The notes: generated from the sequence alone by a model not told the origin. A stretch of DNA of 64,000 bases from Rebecca billardiae RCC1528 (GCA_965240325.2 OZ251239.1:62001-126000); one strand, 5' to 3'. Shown: positions 1-12,183, counted from the first letter of the stretch. Program-made: numbers and translations.

Positions 1-520
1 GCGCCGAGGCCATGTTCAATGAGGGCAAGCACGTGAACAAGAACGGCGAGCAGCGCAGCTTTCTCTACAACGAGGCGCCGTCCATCGAGTACGTGCCGGT
101 GGCGGATGAGGACGAGCAGTACCGCGTGCGCGTGCGCGCCATCGTGTTCGAGCCGCGCTCGCGCCTGATGGCGGGCCACATCCTGGAGGGCATCAAGACG
201 GCGCCGCTCGGCTTTGCGCCCATCGTGGGCACGCTCCCGACGGTGGACGAGGTCGACCTGAACATCCCGATCGCGCGCCGCCACTCGCTGATGGCGTTCT
301 ACGACGTGGACGGCGAGGCGTTCGGCATCTTCGGCGACGACCTCAAGTTCTACATCAAGGCCATCGAGGCGCTGGCGGTTCAGGCTGGCGCCAGCGTGCT
401 GCAGATCGTGCGCACGCCGATCGAGACGCAGATATGCACTTTGGCGGAGACATCGTGCTGGCCTGCAAGGTGACGACGGCGATCCGTGCTGAGCTGGGCG
501 TGGCGATCACGGGCATGTGA
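1..520 (+). pseudogene. 5'-truncated (window edge) coding fragment of unknown function, frameshifted near its 3' end
   Basis: Strong GC3 codon bias over 1-430 (…FEPRSRLMAGHILEGIKTAPLGF…). At ~431 'cagATATgcac' has an extra AT; removing it continues the frame as ETQMHFGGDIVLACKVTTAIRAELGVAITGM. No family recognised. Confidence 0.5.
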
Positions 521-976
521 GACGGCTGGCAAGACTGTGTGCGGGTGGGTGGGAAGGGGGTCGAGCACGGGTGGGTGGGAAGGGGTTCTGGTGGGCACGT
601 GGGCCCGCAGTCGGTGATAGGCCCCGCATGCACCGCCGAAGCGGTGTGCGTGTTGCAGCACGCACGGCCGATGCTGCAGCATAGTGACTGCGTGATCGCG
701 GATAGAATACGACGTCAAGTATGATTTTTAGGGCGCGTGCCGCGCATAGACCGAATGGTGCACAGCCGGCGTGCACTAGCCTGGGGCTGGCAGGCGTCGT
801 CCAGGCGGGAATGAATAAGTCATTATTCGCGCAGTTATTATTTCAGCTCCGCGGTTGATCCTTGACGATTTTCCAAGCTCGGAGTCGGAGGATCAGCAAC
901 ATCATCCTCAAGCGTTCTGCGACCTAGGAATCTAGGATCAGCGCAACATCGTCAAACGTGCTGAGACCTAGGTAGC

Positions 977-1969
977 TTATATGTACGTTTGTTGCTCTGC
1001 TGTGTGCCAACCTAGGCAACCTCGACATTTCTCGACATTCCTCGGATCGTACACGACGAGCTTGGCAGCGCCGGGGATGGCCAGCACAGCGTGCAGCTGA
1101 GCTCGCGTGCAGTCATGCGCCTCGTCGAGCAGCACCAGATCGAAGCGCGTGTCGCGTTTGGCGTAGTCGAGTTGGTACAGCTTGAAGAGCACAGCATGCG
1201 TCCGTGCGGCATGTGAGCTGGGGTCCGCCTGGCGCTCCCACATGCGGCGCGCCGAGGCAAGAACAGCGCCGCGGCACCGGGCAAGCGCGGGCAGGTGCGC
1301 GTCGCAGAGGTGCGCGTCGGCCGATGATAGAAACGCACGCAGCGTCGCGCGCACGTCCGTCAAGCTGTCGTCGTCCGGCGCGTCACACGGAAGCACAGCC
1401 ACCTGGTCGGCGATGTGGCCGCCGTGCAGGGCATGCGTCGCCTCGAAAGCCAGAGCGTCGAGCGTGCACACGCGCACGTGCGCCATCGCGGAGCACAGCT
1501 CAGTCTGCTCCGCTGCCGCGCTGCGATTGAACGTCACGAGAACGGTGCGCAGGTGCGGTCGCGCCGCAGCGAACGCGCGCAGCGCGTGTGACTTGCCGGC
1601 ACCTGCAACGGCGAGAATCTTCATCACATCACCGCGCTGCAGGGCGGTGTGCACGATAGCCTCGAGGCTGCCGGGTGGATCGTGGCGAACGAGAGCATGC
1701 AGCAGCACGCTCGACGTCGGGCGTGCGAGCGGAGCGGCAGCCAATCGGCGTCGGCGCGGGCGCGCCGGCCCGGGCGCCATGCAGTAGCCTGCGGTTGGCG
1801 CGTTCAGCTGAGCCAAATCGAAGCGGCGGGCGTGAGGTGGGTTCCGGTGACCAAGGTGGTTCCCCCACGTCGCGATGAGCACGCTCGCCACCGGACTTTG
1901 CCGAGGTTGTCGAGGTTGCCGAGGTGTCGACGTTGGCGAAAACGTAGCAACCGACCCATCCGACCTCAA
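977..1969 (-). pseudogene. Truncated UvrD/FBH1-like superfamily 1 DNA helicase (N-terminal RecA domain only)
   Basis: Motif I KILAVAGAGKS, motif Ia VLVTFNRSAA, TLDALAF, Walker B FDLVLLDEAHD and motif III VVYDP. Homology ends right after motif III (~1046); no second RecA domain. Confidence 0.75.
991..1951. mobile_element. Possible Pack-type element: imperfect inverted repeats flanking the helicase fragment
   Basis: Left gttgct…gccaac…GGCAACCTCGACA…ctcgaca…cctcgg (991-1045). Right ccgagg-TGTCGAGGTTGCC…gttggc…agcaac (1901-1951) is its reverse complement, with a 13-bp perfect core. No TSD seen. Confidence 0.35.
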
Positions 1970-2375
1970 AGGTATTGCGTCTGCTAACCCGCTCAGAATG
2001 ATATGTCATATGCGTATGTTCAGCATACGGATATGATGCGTTTTCAAATACTGCAGCATACCAGACCAAGTACGCCTGATGAGTACGCACGGGTGAAGAG
2101 AGTAAAATGTGGGCAGCAACCTACAAACCCATGAAGCCGCCAAGTGGTAGTCATTGATGAGGTTGGACGCGCGGTTGCGACCCCGTAGTCCTCGGCGTCT
2201 CCGCTTCGGGCCGGTTCGGGGTCTCCGGCTACGTCGTGGGTACGCGGCGGGCTTTTCGCCTGCTTTTTGCCTTTTGCATTTTAAAGTACGACCTCGGCCG
2301 TAGCTTGCGCCGTGTGTGGGGCGAGGAGGCCTGTGCGTGTGCCTCATCACCGCGGTGCGCCCCGACGCGGGCAGC

Positions 2376-3035
2376 ATGGCGGCCTTGCCCGACATCGATG
2401 CCGCGGAGGCGACGCTGGGGAGCGAGCTCATGGCGGCCGTCTCGAACCTCCGGGTCATGAACGCGGAGCACACGCGCACCATCTTCTCGGGCACGTGCTC
2501 TGCGCGCGGCGCCGCGCGCGCGCGACGCTCGCGGCCGGGGGCGCTGTGCGCCGGCGCGCTGAGCTTCGGCCGCTGCGCGCACCGTGGGCGCGCCGCGCGC
2601 CGCGCAGGGAACGCGCAGATGATCGACATCGCGATGCGCAAGTTCGTCGAGTCCGCGGACAAGGCGCGCCCCAAGCTCGTCGAGGCGGCGGAGGCGCGCG
2701 ACTACTCGCAGCTGCACCTGCTCTCGCACCGCTTGAAAGGCGCGTCCGGGTACATCTCGGGGGACCGCGTGCGCTGCCTCGCGCTGCTGCTGCAGCGCAC
2801 GGCGGACGCGCTCATCCCCGACGACGCCCGCCACCCCGCCGCCGAGGAGCTCGCCTCCTTCGCCTCCACCACGCCCAGAGAAAAGGGGGCGGAGGGCGAG
2901 GAGGGCGAGGAGGCGGGCGAGTTTGACACCATCCCCGAGGTCGAGCCCACGGCCGAGGCGGCGGCGGCGCTGCTCGTGGTGCTGCTCCGCTTCCTGGGCG
3001 AGCTGCTCGAGGAGATCAGCAGGCAACTCGCCTAG
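2376..3035 (+). CDS. Histidine phosphotransfer (HPt) domain protein; 2 exons (2376-2490, 2608-3035)
   Basis: LHLLSHRLKGASGYISG matches the HPt H-x-LKG-(S/A)-S motif. A 117-nt GC-AG intron (gcacgt…cgcgcag) removes an Arg/Ala-rich insert in frame. Confidence 0.85.
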   Translation: MAALPDIDAAEATLGSELMAAVSNLRVMNAEHTRTIFSGTCSARGAARARRSRPGALCAGALSFGRCAHRGRAARRAGNAQMIDIAMRKFVESADKARPKLVEAAEARDYSQLHLLSHRLKGASGYISGDRVRCLALLLQRTADALIPDDARHPAAEELASFASTTPREKGAEGEEGEEAGEFDTIPEVEPTAEAAAALLVVLLRFLGELLEEISRQLA

Positions 3036-3652
3036 ACGCGCCGCGCCTTCGCCCGCCTGAGGCGCACTCACGGCATTTGGCAGCGCACGCGCCGCGCGTG
3101 CGCGCGGCCGGCAACGGCGCCGCGCCCGGTGGCGAGTGGCGCATGCAGCGCGAGGGCGGAGGGGGCATGCCCGCGCGGAGGGCCTCGTGCGGGAGCGGGC
3201 AGCGGCTCGGCGCTCGCCCTCGCGTCGGGGCGCTGCCGCGTGGCAGCGCAGCGCACGCGGCCGGGCGGCGACCTGGCAGCCCCGCCGTGTCGGCTCCGTG
3301 CCGGGGCGGCCAACAGTGCTGAGTGCAGCTGCCCCGTGCCCGGGTCGGAGCCCCCGACTGATGCCTGCGGCCGGTTACCAGGCCTTCGCAGGGTGTCCGG
3401 CTGGGCTGCCAGCTCACAGCCAGGGCGCGAGCGAGGCGCGGCGCGCACGGCGCAGCCTGCAGGCGCGTCCGTGCGCTGGTGTCGCGCCAGCATCGGCGTT
3501 CAGTGCGGCGGGCCGTCAGTTCACAGTTGCTGTTGTCACTCACGTGATCAAGACGTCATCGTCATCGACAGTCAAACCTTCGACGACGATGACGTCTTTC
3601 CACTCTTTTGCTAATCAACCAGAGCTCGTCTCAGGCGCGCGCGGAATGAAGC

Positions 3653-4105
3653 ATGGCGGACGGCCGCGCCGGTGAGGAGGAGGAGGAGGAGGAGGAGGAG
3701 GAGGCCCTTAAGCTGGGCGCGGTCTTCCGCGGGGTGTGCGCGGCCGAGTTGGGCGCGCTGGAGCTCGAGCCCACCATCGACCCGGCGCACTCCCCCGCGC
3801 CGGGGCCCACGCGCCGCTCGGCCGCGCGCTGCGCCCGGCGCACTGCGGCCTCACACGCGTTCTTCTACGACAGGGCGCGCGCGGCGGCGGCGCGGGGGCG
3901 CGCGCCGAGCGCGCCGCACCTCGCGCTCGCCGCCGACGCCGACCACGCCCGCGAGACGGAGCTCATGGCCGCGCTCGGGCTGCCCACCGCGCTCGCGCGC
4001 GGCACGGCGATGACGGAGGACTCGGACGGCGCCGCGTACTGCGTGCTCTCGCGCGCGGAGCCGCCGCGCGCGGGTGGCTGGCCGCAGCTCACGCACGGGG
4101 CGTGA
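3653..4105 (+). CDS. Hypothetical protein (poly-Glu N-terminus)
   Basis: ATG-initiated 150-aa ORF with host-like codon usage; may be spliced further downstream. Confidence 0.4.
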   Translation: MADGRAGEEEEEEEEEEALKLGAVFRGVCAAELGALELEPTIDPAHSPAPGPTRRSAARCARRTAASHAFFYDRARAAAARGRAPSAPHLALAADADHARETELMAALGLPTALARGTAMTEDSDGAAYCVLSRAEPPRAGGWPQLTHGA

Positions 4106-4748
4106 GTGGTGGCGCGTGCTGCACGGTGACGCGGCGGTCCAGGGTGGCGCGCACCACGCCGCCCTCCTCGCGCGAGGCGGCGGCGCGGAGGCGGCAGCGC
4201 GGGCGCGCCGTCCGCCATCGTCTGCAGCTCCTGACCTGACGGTCAGCCCACGTGAGTCGTGACACGGTCACACAGACACACTCAGACACAGCCGCCCGAC
4301 ACTCGGCCGTGGCGGCCTCTTTGGGCTGCAGGGCGGGCAGCCACTCCACAGCCACGGGCGATCCCGGCGTGCGCGGGCTCGAGGTACTCCAGGCCGATTT
4401 GGCCCAGCCGCGCCTCGAGCGAGGCGACCCGTCTCAGCGCCTCCGACAAGACCTGACTGTGAAGACGACGTTGAGCGGCTTTGGAGGTTCTCCGATCGAT
4501 CGACCGTCGTCGGTCCAGAAAGTTGCAGGGACACTTCCTTCTCGCGTTTCGAGGGAGGGCCGTCCGCAGAACAGCCGTCAGCACCGCACGCCCCGGCCTT
4601 CTCGCCACTACACGCGCGTGTGCGCCACCCCGCCGCGACCAACGCGCGCGATTCTTTCGGACGAGGCCCTCCCGCTCGGCGCGCGCGCCAGCTGTTGGCC
4701 CCGTTGAGGCGCAGTACAGCCAGCGTCCTCCGCGCGCCGGTGGCAAGG

Positions 4749-7700
4749 ATGCGCGCCGCCGCCGCGAGCGCGCTCTCGCCGAGCACCGTCGAGGCGATCG
4801 AGGCGGCGGCCCGGCGCGGCGACGCGCGCACGGGCCGGTTGTTCAAGCGCGCGCGCGCGCAGCTCGTCATCCGCCGGCGCTGGCAGCCGCGCTTCTTTGC
4901 GCTCGTGCCGGCGGGCGCGCTCGCGCTCGAGGCGGCGGCCGACGCGCTGCGCGGCCGGCAGGCGCCGTGCGCGGTGCTGCTGTACTGGCACTCGCGCGCG
5001 GACTACATGGGGCGGAAGAAGGCGCCCAAGGTCGTCCTCCTCGACGAGGCCGCCGCCGTCGGCGAGGCGCAGGTCGACGGGCAGGGCGCGCGCGCGTTTG
5101 CGCTGCACGCGGACGGCCACACGCTGCTGCTGCGCGCGCACAGCGACAGCGAGGCGGCGGCGTGGCGCCGCGCGCTCTCGAGGGCCGCGTGGCCCGACGA
5201 GGCGGACGTCCTCGTGCACGCCTCGACCGACCGCACCCACGCGCCGCGCCGCACCGCCCAGATCGTCTCGGCGTCGCCGTCGCCCAAGCCGGCCAGGCCG
5301 GACGGGGCGCGCGCGCACTGGCCCGCGGGGCAGGGCGGCGCGGCGCCGGCAGCGCAGCCGGCGCAGCCGGCCGCGCAGCCCGTGGCCGCGCTCGACGACG
5401 CGCCGCCCCCGCCCACGGCCGCGCCGCCGCCGCCGCCGCCCGCGCCAGCACACGGCAGCGCGGTGCCGCCACCCGCGCCCGCCGCCCCGCCTCCGGCGGC
5501 GGCGGCGGCGGGCGCGAGCGTCGAGATGGCGCGTTCCGAGGCGCCCCGCGCGCCGGAAGAGGGCGCCGCGCCCAGTGCGGCCGGCCAAGCCGCGCACGCA
5601 GCAGTCGCACCGCCACAGCTGCGGCAGCCGCAGCCGCCACCTCAGCCGCAGCCGCAGCCGCCGACACAGCCGCAGCCGCAGCCGGCTGGGGCGGGCGAGG
5701 CACGCGAGGCGCAGGGGGCCGCGCAGCAACCACCGCCGCACCAGCCGCACCAGCCTGAGCCGGAGCCGCAGTCCGAGCCCGAGGCGGCACCCGCGGATGC
5801 GCCCACGCCGGCACCTACAGCGCAGCACCGCGGCTCTGAGGCGGAGGCGGAGGCGGAGGCGGAGGCGGAGGCGGAGGCGGAGGCGGAGGCGGAGGCGGAG
5901 GCGGAGGCGGAGGCGGAGGCGGAGGCGGAGGCGGTGGCGGAGGCGGCGGCGGCGGCGGAGGCGGAGGCGGCGGCGGAGGCGGAGGCGGAGATGGAGGCGG
6001 AGGCGCACGCGCACGCGCAGGCGGCAATGGCACAGCCGGAGGGTGCGGAGCAGCCGCAGCAGCAGCAGCAGCCGCCGCCGCCGCCGCCGCAGCAGCAGAC
6101 GCAGCAGCAGACGCAGCAGCAGCCGCCGCAGCAGCAGCAGCAGCAGCAGCCGCCGCCGCAGCAGCAGACGCCGCAGCAGCAGACGCAGCAGCAGCAGCCG
6201 CCGCCGCAGCCGCCGCAGGAGCAGCAGCAGCAGCAGACGCAGCAGCAGACGCAGCAGCAGCAGCAGCAGCCGGCGCAGGAGCAGCCGCAGCAGCAGGCGG
6301 GCGCGGAGCTCGGCGAGGACCGGCCGAGCGCGGCGGCGCTGCGCGCGGACGGCACGCCGCCGGCGCGCGCCGCAGTCGGCGCGCCGCCGCTGCTCGCGCC
6401 CGCGCCGCCGCCGCCCGCCAAGCCGCAGACGCCGACCGTCGGCGGCGGGCTGGGCGCGAGCGCGCCGGAGCAGCCGGGCGCGGACGCGACGCCGCCGCCG
6501 CCCGACCCGGCGCGGCGGCGCGGCGGCAAGCTCGACACGAGCGCGTGGGAGCGCGGCGGGCGCGGGCCCGCGGACGCGCCCGCGGCCGAGCGCGTGCGCA
6601 CGCCCTCGCTGATGACGGGCCGCAAGCGCTCGGCGGACGCGTCGACGCTGCACACGGTGGGCGCGGGGCTCGGCGGGCTGGACGAGCTGCGCGGCACGCT
6701 CGGGCCGAGCGCGGTGCGCTTCGCCCTCGTCCGTCTCGAGCTCGGCTCCGGCGCGTTCGCCCAGTCCAAGCTGCTGTTCCTGCACTGGGTGGGCGAACAG
6801 GTGTCCGCGCTCGTGCGCGCGCGGCTGACGGCGCATAAGTTTTCGATCCGTCAGGCGCTGGGCGTGGAGTGCCACGCGGACGTGAGCCTGGAGCGCGCGG
6901 AGGCGGCGTCGTCGGAGCAGCTGCTGCCGCGCGTGGCGCACCTCTTCGCCGCCTCGCCCTCCGACCTCGCCGGCACCGTCGCCTCGCTCAAACAGGCGTA
7001 CGCGGACATGCTCAGGCGGGCGGCCGTCGAGCGCGGCCGCGGCCGCGGCGCCGGCCGCGCGACAGCCAAGGAGCTGGGCAGGTGTGCGCGTGGTGTGCGC
7101 GTGGTGTGTGCGCGTGGTGTGTGCGCGTGGTGTGCGCGTGGTGTGCGCGTGGTGTGCGCGTGGTGTGTGCGCGTGGTGTGTGCGCGTGATGTGCGCGTGG
7201 TGTGCGCGTGGTGTGTGCGTGGTGTGTGCGCAGGCGTCACACACACACACACACGCGCACGCACGCGCCGCGCAACGCCTCACCGCCGCCGCCCCCTCCA
7301 CCGCCCCCCCGCCTCCGCCGCCTCCGCCGCCTCCCAGCCGCATCTCCGCAGCCAAGGCGCTCGGCTTTGTGCGCGAGCGGCTCGGCCCGTTCAACTGGGC
7401 GCTCTTCCGGCCGGACGGCGCCAAGCTGCTGCTCGAGGACGCGGGCTCCATGTCCCTGCCCGAGCTGTGCCGCGCGCTGCAGGCGCTGCAGCCGCCGGAC
7501 GAGGAGCAGGAGGCGCAGCCGCCGCCCTCCGGCGCGGACGCGTCTGCGAGCTCCACGCCGCGCGCCGGCCCCGCGGGCGCGCACTCGGGCCCGCTGTACG
7601 GGCTCGTCCGGATGGGCTTCGGCTCGGGCCAGTTCCGCCGCACCAAGTGGATCGGGCTGTGGTGGTCCGCGCCGCGCGCGTCCGCGATCGCGCGCGGCCG

Positions 7701-8181
7701 CGCGGCGGGCGTGCGCGGCGCGTGCCTCGCGCGCGTCGAGCCCTACTCGCTGTCCGTGCAGGCGTCGACGCTGGACGAGCTCTCGGTCGAGGCGGTGATC
7801 GCGCGCGTGCGCGCCGCCGCGGTGATCGACGGCGACGGCGCGGACACCAAGGCGGGCTCGCGCTCCGCCGCGGCCGCGGACGCCTTCTCAGCGGCGCAGT
7901 TTGAGGAGGCGCTGGCGGAGGAGCTCGCCGCCTCCTCCGCCTTCTTCGGCGAGGCGGGCGGCGCGGCGGGCGGCGGCGGCGCGGGCGGCTCCGACGAGGA
8001 GCGGCTGCGCGCCACGCCGCCCGAGCAGGTGGCGGCGGCCGTCGGGCGCGGCGAGTACAACTGGGCGTGCTTCGCGCTCGAGGTGGACGGCAGCAGCGCA
8101 GCGCGGCGCGGCGGCGGCGCGGACGACGGCGCTGCAGCTGCGGCTGCGGAGGGGCCGGCGCTCCCCGAGGAGTCCGTCTGA
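4749..8181 (+). CDS. PH domain + low-complexity linker + two ADF-H (coactosin/drebrin-like) domains; one intron at ~7082-7270
   Basis: PH: TGRLFKR…RRWQPRFF…LLYW…LLLRAHSDSEAAAWRRAL. ADF-H: GAGLGGLDEL…RFALVR…SKLLFLHWVGEQVS and FNWALF…YGLVRM…RTKWIGLWW. EA, Q and P repeats in the linker. Intron acceptor not resolved. Confidence 0.8.
7082..7262. repeat. Intronic (GTGTGCGCGTG)-like minisatellite followed by (CA)n
   Basis: Visible degenerate 11-13 nt tandem units immediately after a GT donor. Confidence 0.8.
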
Positions 8182-8352
8182 GGCCCTGAGCCTGAGGACG
8201 AACAGCAGATCGACGATCATGCAGCAGTCTGTCAGTCTGGCGGGGCTCGGGCACCATGGGAGACGCGTGTCACACGGAGCCGTCGCGTATGATACGCGTA
8301 TGCGCGCGATGTGACTGCTATTATATTATATACAAATAAATATACGACTCTG

Positions 8353-10304
8353 ACCAGGTCGTTCCCCGTGCACTGGGAATCCGCGGTTTCGCCCTATTCA
8401 GAGCGCGAGGCCGCGGCATAGCAACGCAGATTTAGTCTTCCGCTTCGTCTATCAGACCACTTGAACGATCTAATCGAGCTTTCCAATTGAAAATGACGAA
8501 ACTAGATCCATCCATTGGAGAAGCCAAATCCCGAGCGCGGCAAAGCCGTGGAACGCAGTAATCAGCCTCGTCAGCGATAGTCCGCTCACGAAATCGATGC
8601 GCTGGAAATGAGTTCTTCGTGTGCAACCTGGAGGCGGGAGCCCTCCGCCGCGGGTGCGGAGCACCGATTCTGACCCGCCCCCTGCGGCTGCGGCCGGGCA
8701 CGAGTGCGATGCCGCTGGCCCCGGCTGGGGGGCGCGCCCGGGCCAGGGCACTGCGGGCGCGGATGTGCTCGCGGAGCCGGCGTGCGTGGACGGGCTGTTG
8801 CGGGAGAGTATCTGCCGCCCTCCTGCGCCGTGCGACTTGCGCCACGCCTCTTTCGCCTCGGCTCAGGGCAGCGCACACGCGCGCGCCGCCTCCGAAGGCC
8901 AGCCTTGCCTGCGCCGCAGCCGGTCGCGCGCGCGCCGTGCGCGGCGTGGTCGGGAAGGAACGGGGGGTGCTGCCGGGCGAGATGGCGACATCATGTGCGC
9001 ACGCCATGCCGCCGCGCCACGCCTTGCCGAGCGTGTCGCCGGTCCGTTTGCACGCCTCTTCCAGTTGTCACAAATGGTGTCAGGTGTGCCGCACGGCCTC
9101 GCGGTCGTGACCAGCTGGGGGGCGCGCCCGGGCCAGGGCGCTGCGGGCGCGGATGTGCTTGCGGAGCCGGCGTGCGTGGACGGGCTGTTGCGGGAGAGTA
9201 TCTGCCGCCCTCCTGCGCCGCGCGACTTGCGCCACGCCTCTTTCGCCTCGGCTCAGGGCAGCGCGCACGCGCGCGCGCCGCCTCAAGGCCAGCCTTGCCT
9301 GCGCTGCAGCCGACCGCGCGCGCGCCGTGCGCGGCGTGGTCGGGAAGGAACGGGCGCGGCTGCCGGGCGAGATGGCGATATCATGTGCGCACGCCATGCC
9401 GCCCCGCCACGCCTTGCCGAGCGTGTCGCCGGTCCGTTTGCACGCCTCTTCGAGTTGTCACAAATGGTGTGCACGCGGCCTCGCGGTCGTGACCGCCTTG
9501 TCGGGACGATCATTGAGACACAGAACAGTGCCAGACGGGCACGCGGGAAACTCTTACATGAATGTTCATCACTGCGTGGTCATGTAGAAGTGCTGGGTGC
9601 GACGCTTTCCTCGCGCGGATGCACTTTCATCATCTTCTTCGAGCTCAGGTCTGGCTTCAGGCACGACAAGAAAGCAGCACTCGTCAACAGCTGTGCGGAT
9701 CCGTTATCGTGCCCTTTCGCGGCGCCGCGGGGCGGCATGGCGTGCGCACATGATGTCGTCATCTCGCCCGGCAGCACCCCCCGTTCCTTCCCGACCACGC
9801 CGCGCACGGCGCGCGCGCGGTTGGCTGCGGCGCGGCAGTGCTCGGGCCTCGAGGCGGCGCGCGCGTGCGCGCTGCCCTGAGCCGCGGCGAAAAGAGGCGT
9901 GGCGCGAGACGCGCGGCGCAGGAGGGCGCCAGATACTCTCCCGCGACAGCCTGTCCACGCAAGCCGGCTCCGCGAGCACATCCGCGCCCGCAGCGCCGTG
10001 CGGCGTGCCCCGGGCGCGCCCCGCCAACGGCGCTCGGCCGCCTTGCCGCTGCCCGCCTGCCGCCGAGGGCAAAAGGTCAAGATTTGGTCGGCCCTCGCCT
10101 GCCGAGCCGCCACCGGGGGCTCCGCCCTGCCTTCTATCTCGTTGCGGCTCAATTTTGGGATTGCGAGACCAGCTCATCGATTGACGCACATCCGCACCCG
10201 CGAGACCTGAAAATCTTATTCGCGGGTAGCGACGGGTGCGTCCTGCGGCTGTTTTTCTCGTATGTCCAAACCGCGGATTCCCAGTGCAGGGGGAACGACC
10301 TGGT
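8353..10304. mobile_element. Non-autonomous TIR DNA transposon (Tc1/mariner/pogo-like)
   Basis: 37-bp TIR ACCAGGTCGTTCCCC(G/C)TGCACTGGGAATCCGCGGTTT with 1 mismatch (8353-8389 vs 10268-10304). TA on the right flank, GA on the left. No intact transposase. Confidence 0.85.
8720..10025. repeat. Internal ~390-bp tandem duplication (8720-9110 / 9110-9495) plus an inverted partial third copy (~9720-10025)
   Basis: ggatgtgct(c/t)gcggagccgg at 8761 and 9151 (offset 390); reverse-complement copy ccggctccgcgagcacatcc at ~9964. Confidence 0.85.
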
Positions 10305-10865
10305 AATAATCGTCATCATATATATATATATATATGGCGGCTGCTGATGATCATATATATATATATATATATAGATATCGAATCGCGCGCGCTATATATA
10401 TCGTCGTCTGCTTGAGGGCCCCAGACATCGTCACTAGACAGCTAGCCCATAGTAGCGGCGCGCGGCCGCGCCCGCGGGCCCCCGGACCCGCGGTCCGCCG
10501 GAGGCCGCGCCGCCGGCCAGGCGGTCGCGGAGGCGCCGGGCGCGCGGCGGCCTGATGTGATGGCCTGACGACGATGGCGTCGCAGCGCACCTTTTATACT
10601 TGATGATGACGATACGACGTATGATAGTATAGCGCAGCAGTGCTGTCGTAGCTCTAGTGTCTTATTATTGTCTAGCAGGCGACTAGCGCTAGAGTAGTAT
10701 TCCAATCTCGCCTTGCAAGCACGGCTGCCCTCGGCCGGGCTGTCGTCACGTCGCGTGCCGGGGCCACGCCCCCTCGTTGCTCGTCGTCCCACACCAGGCG
10801 CCGCGCGCACGCGCCCAGACGCGTCGGATCGAATCGACCGGCCCGCGCGTGCGCCGGGCGCGGCC

Positions 10866-11912
10866 TCACGCGCCGCCCGCCGCGGCGGCGGCGGCGGCGG
10901 CGGCGGCGCGGCGCGCGGCGGCGGCGGCGGCCGCGCCGGGCGGCGGCTCGAGCCGCACGAAGCGCGGGCGCGTGGCGAGCGAGCCGAGCGCGGCGAGCCC
11001 GACGTTCGCGGCGGAGACGAGCAGCAGCCTCTGCACCGCGCGCGCCCAGCCCGCGCCCTCCGGCAGCCCGAGCAGCCGCATGATCGTCTCGCCGTCCTGC
11101 GCGAGCGCGAGGCCGCCAAACTTGGGCGCGGCGGCGAGCGCGCGCCGGCCGCGCTCGAGCCGTGCGCCGCGGAGCTCCTCGGGGAGGAGCCCGCGGATGA
11201 CGGCGCCCACCGGCGAGAGCGCGGCGAGCACGCGCAGCAGCCACGGCCGCGGCCTCGGCTGCCCCACCCCCGCCGGGTTGATCACCCCCACGATCACGAA
11301 CACCACCAGCAGCGGCGTCCCCGCGACGAGCGCTGCGTCGGCCGAGGGCGAGCAGGCTCCCACGGCCAGGCCGAGGGTGGAGCAGCACAGAGCGGTGGCG
11401 CCGAAGAGCGCCGCCGCGGGCCCGCGGCGCACGCGCAGCCGCGCGCTCGCGCGCAGCGCCTCGGAGAAGACCAGCGCCACCGCCACGTCCGCCGGCGCCT
11501 CCGCCAGCAGCTTGGCGAGCACGTACTCGGTCTGCCCCAGCAACCCGAGCGCGCGCTCGTGGCCGATCACCGCGCCCTCCGCGCCCACGACGGTGAGCGT
11601 GCGCGCGACGCCGGCGAAGGCGACCGAGATCGCGCCGAAGGAGAGCAGCGTCATCCGGTCCGCCACCGACGCCGCCGAGAGCCGCGCCGACGAGCGCGGC
11701 CGCGCCGCCGCGCCGGCGGCGAGCCGCGAGCGCGCCGCCTTCGTCTGCTGCCGCTGCTGCCGCTGCTGCTGCTGCTGCTGCGGCCGCGCTGTTGTCGGCA
11801 GGCCGAGGACGCGGCGGCCCGCGAGGCCGAGCTCGCGCGCCACCGCGCGCACCGGCGACGCGCGCGCCACCGCCGCCGCCACCGCCGCCGCGGGCGCCGC
11901 GCCGCGCCGCTT

Positions 11913-11943
<31 letters not shown>

Positions 11944-12183
11944 AGCGCGCGCGCGCGCGGCGCGGCCTCGACGGCGCGGCGGCGGGGCGCGCGCGGCTCG
12001 ATCACTCCGTCGGCTGCGGGGTACACGGTCGAGAGCACGTGCGCGAGCGCCGTCGCGCCCGCCGCGCGCACCAGCACCAGCGGCCACCGCCGCGCCGCCT
12101 GGCGCAGCGCGCGGCCGCTCAGCAGCAGCAGCCGCCGCCCAAACCCGGGCCGCGCCGGCCGCGCGCCGGCCGCCGCGCCGGCC

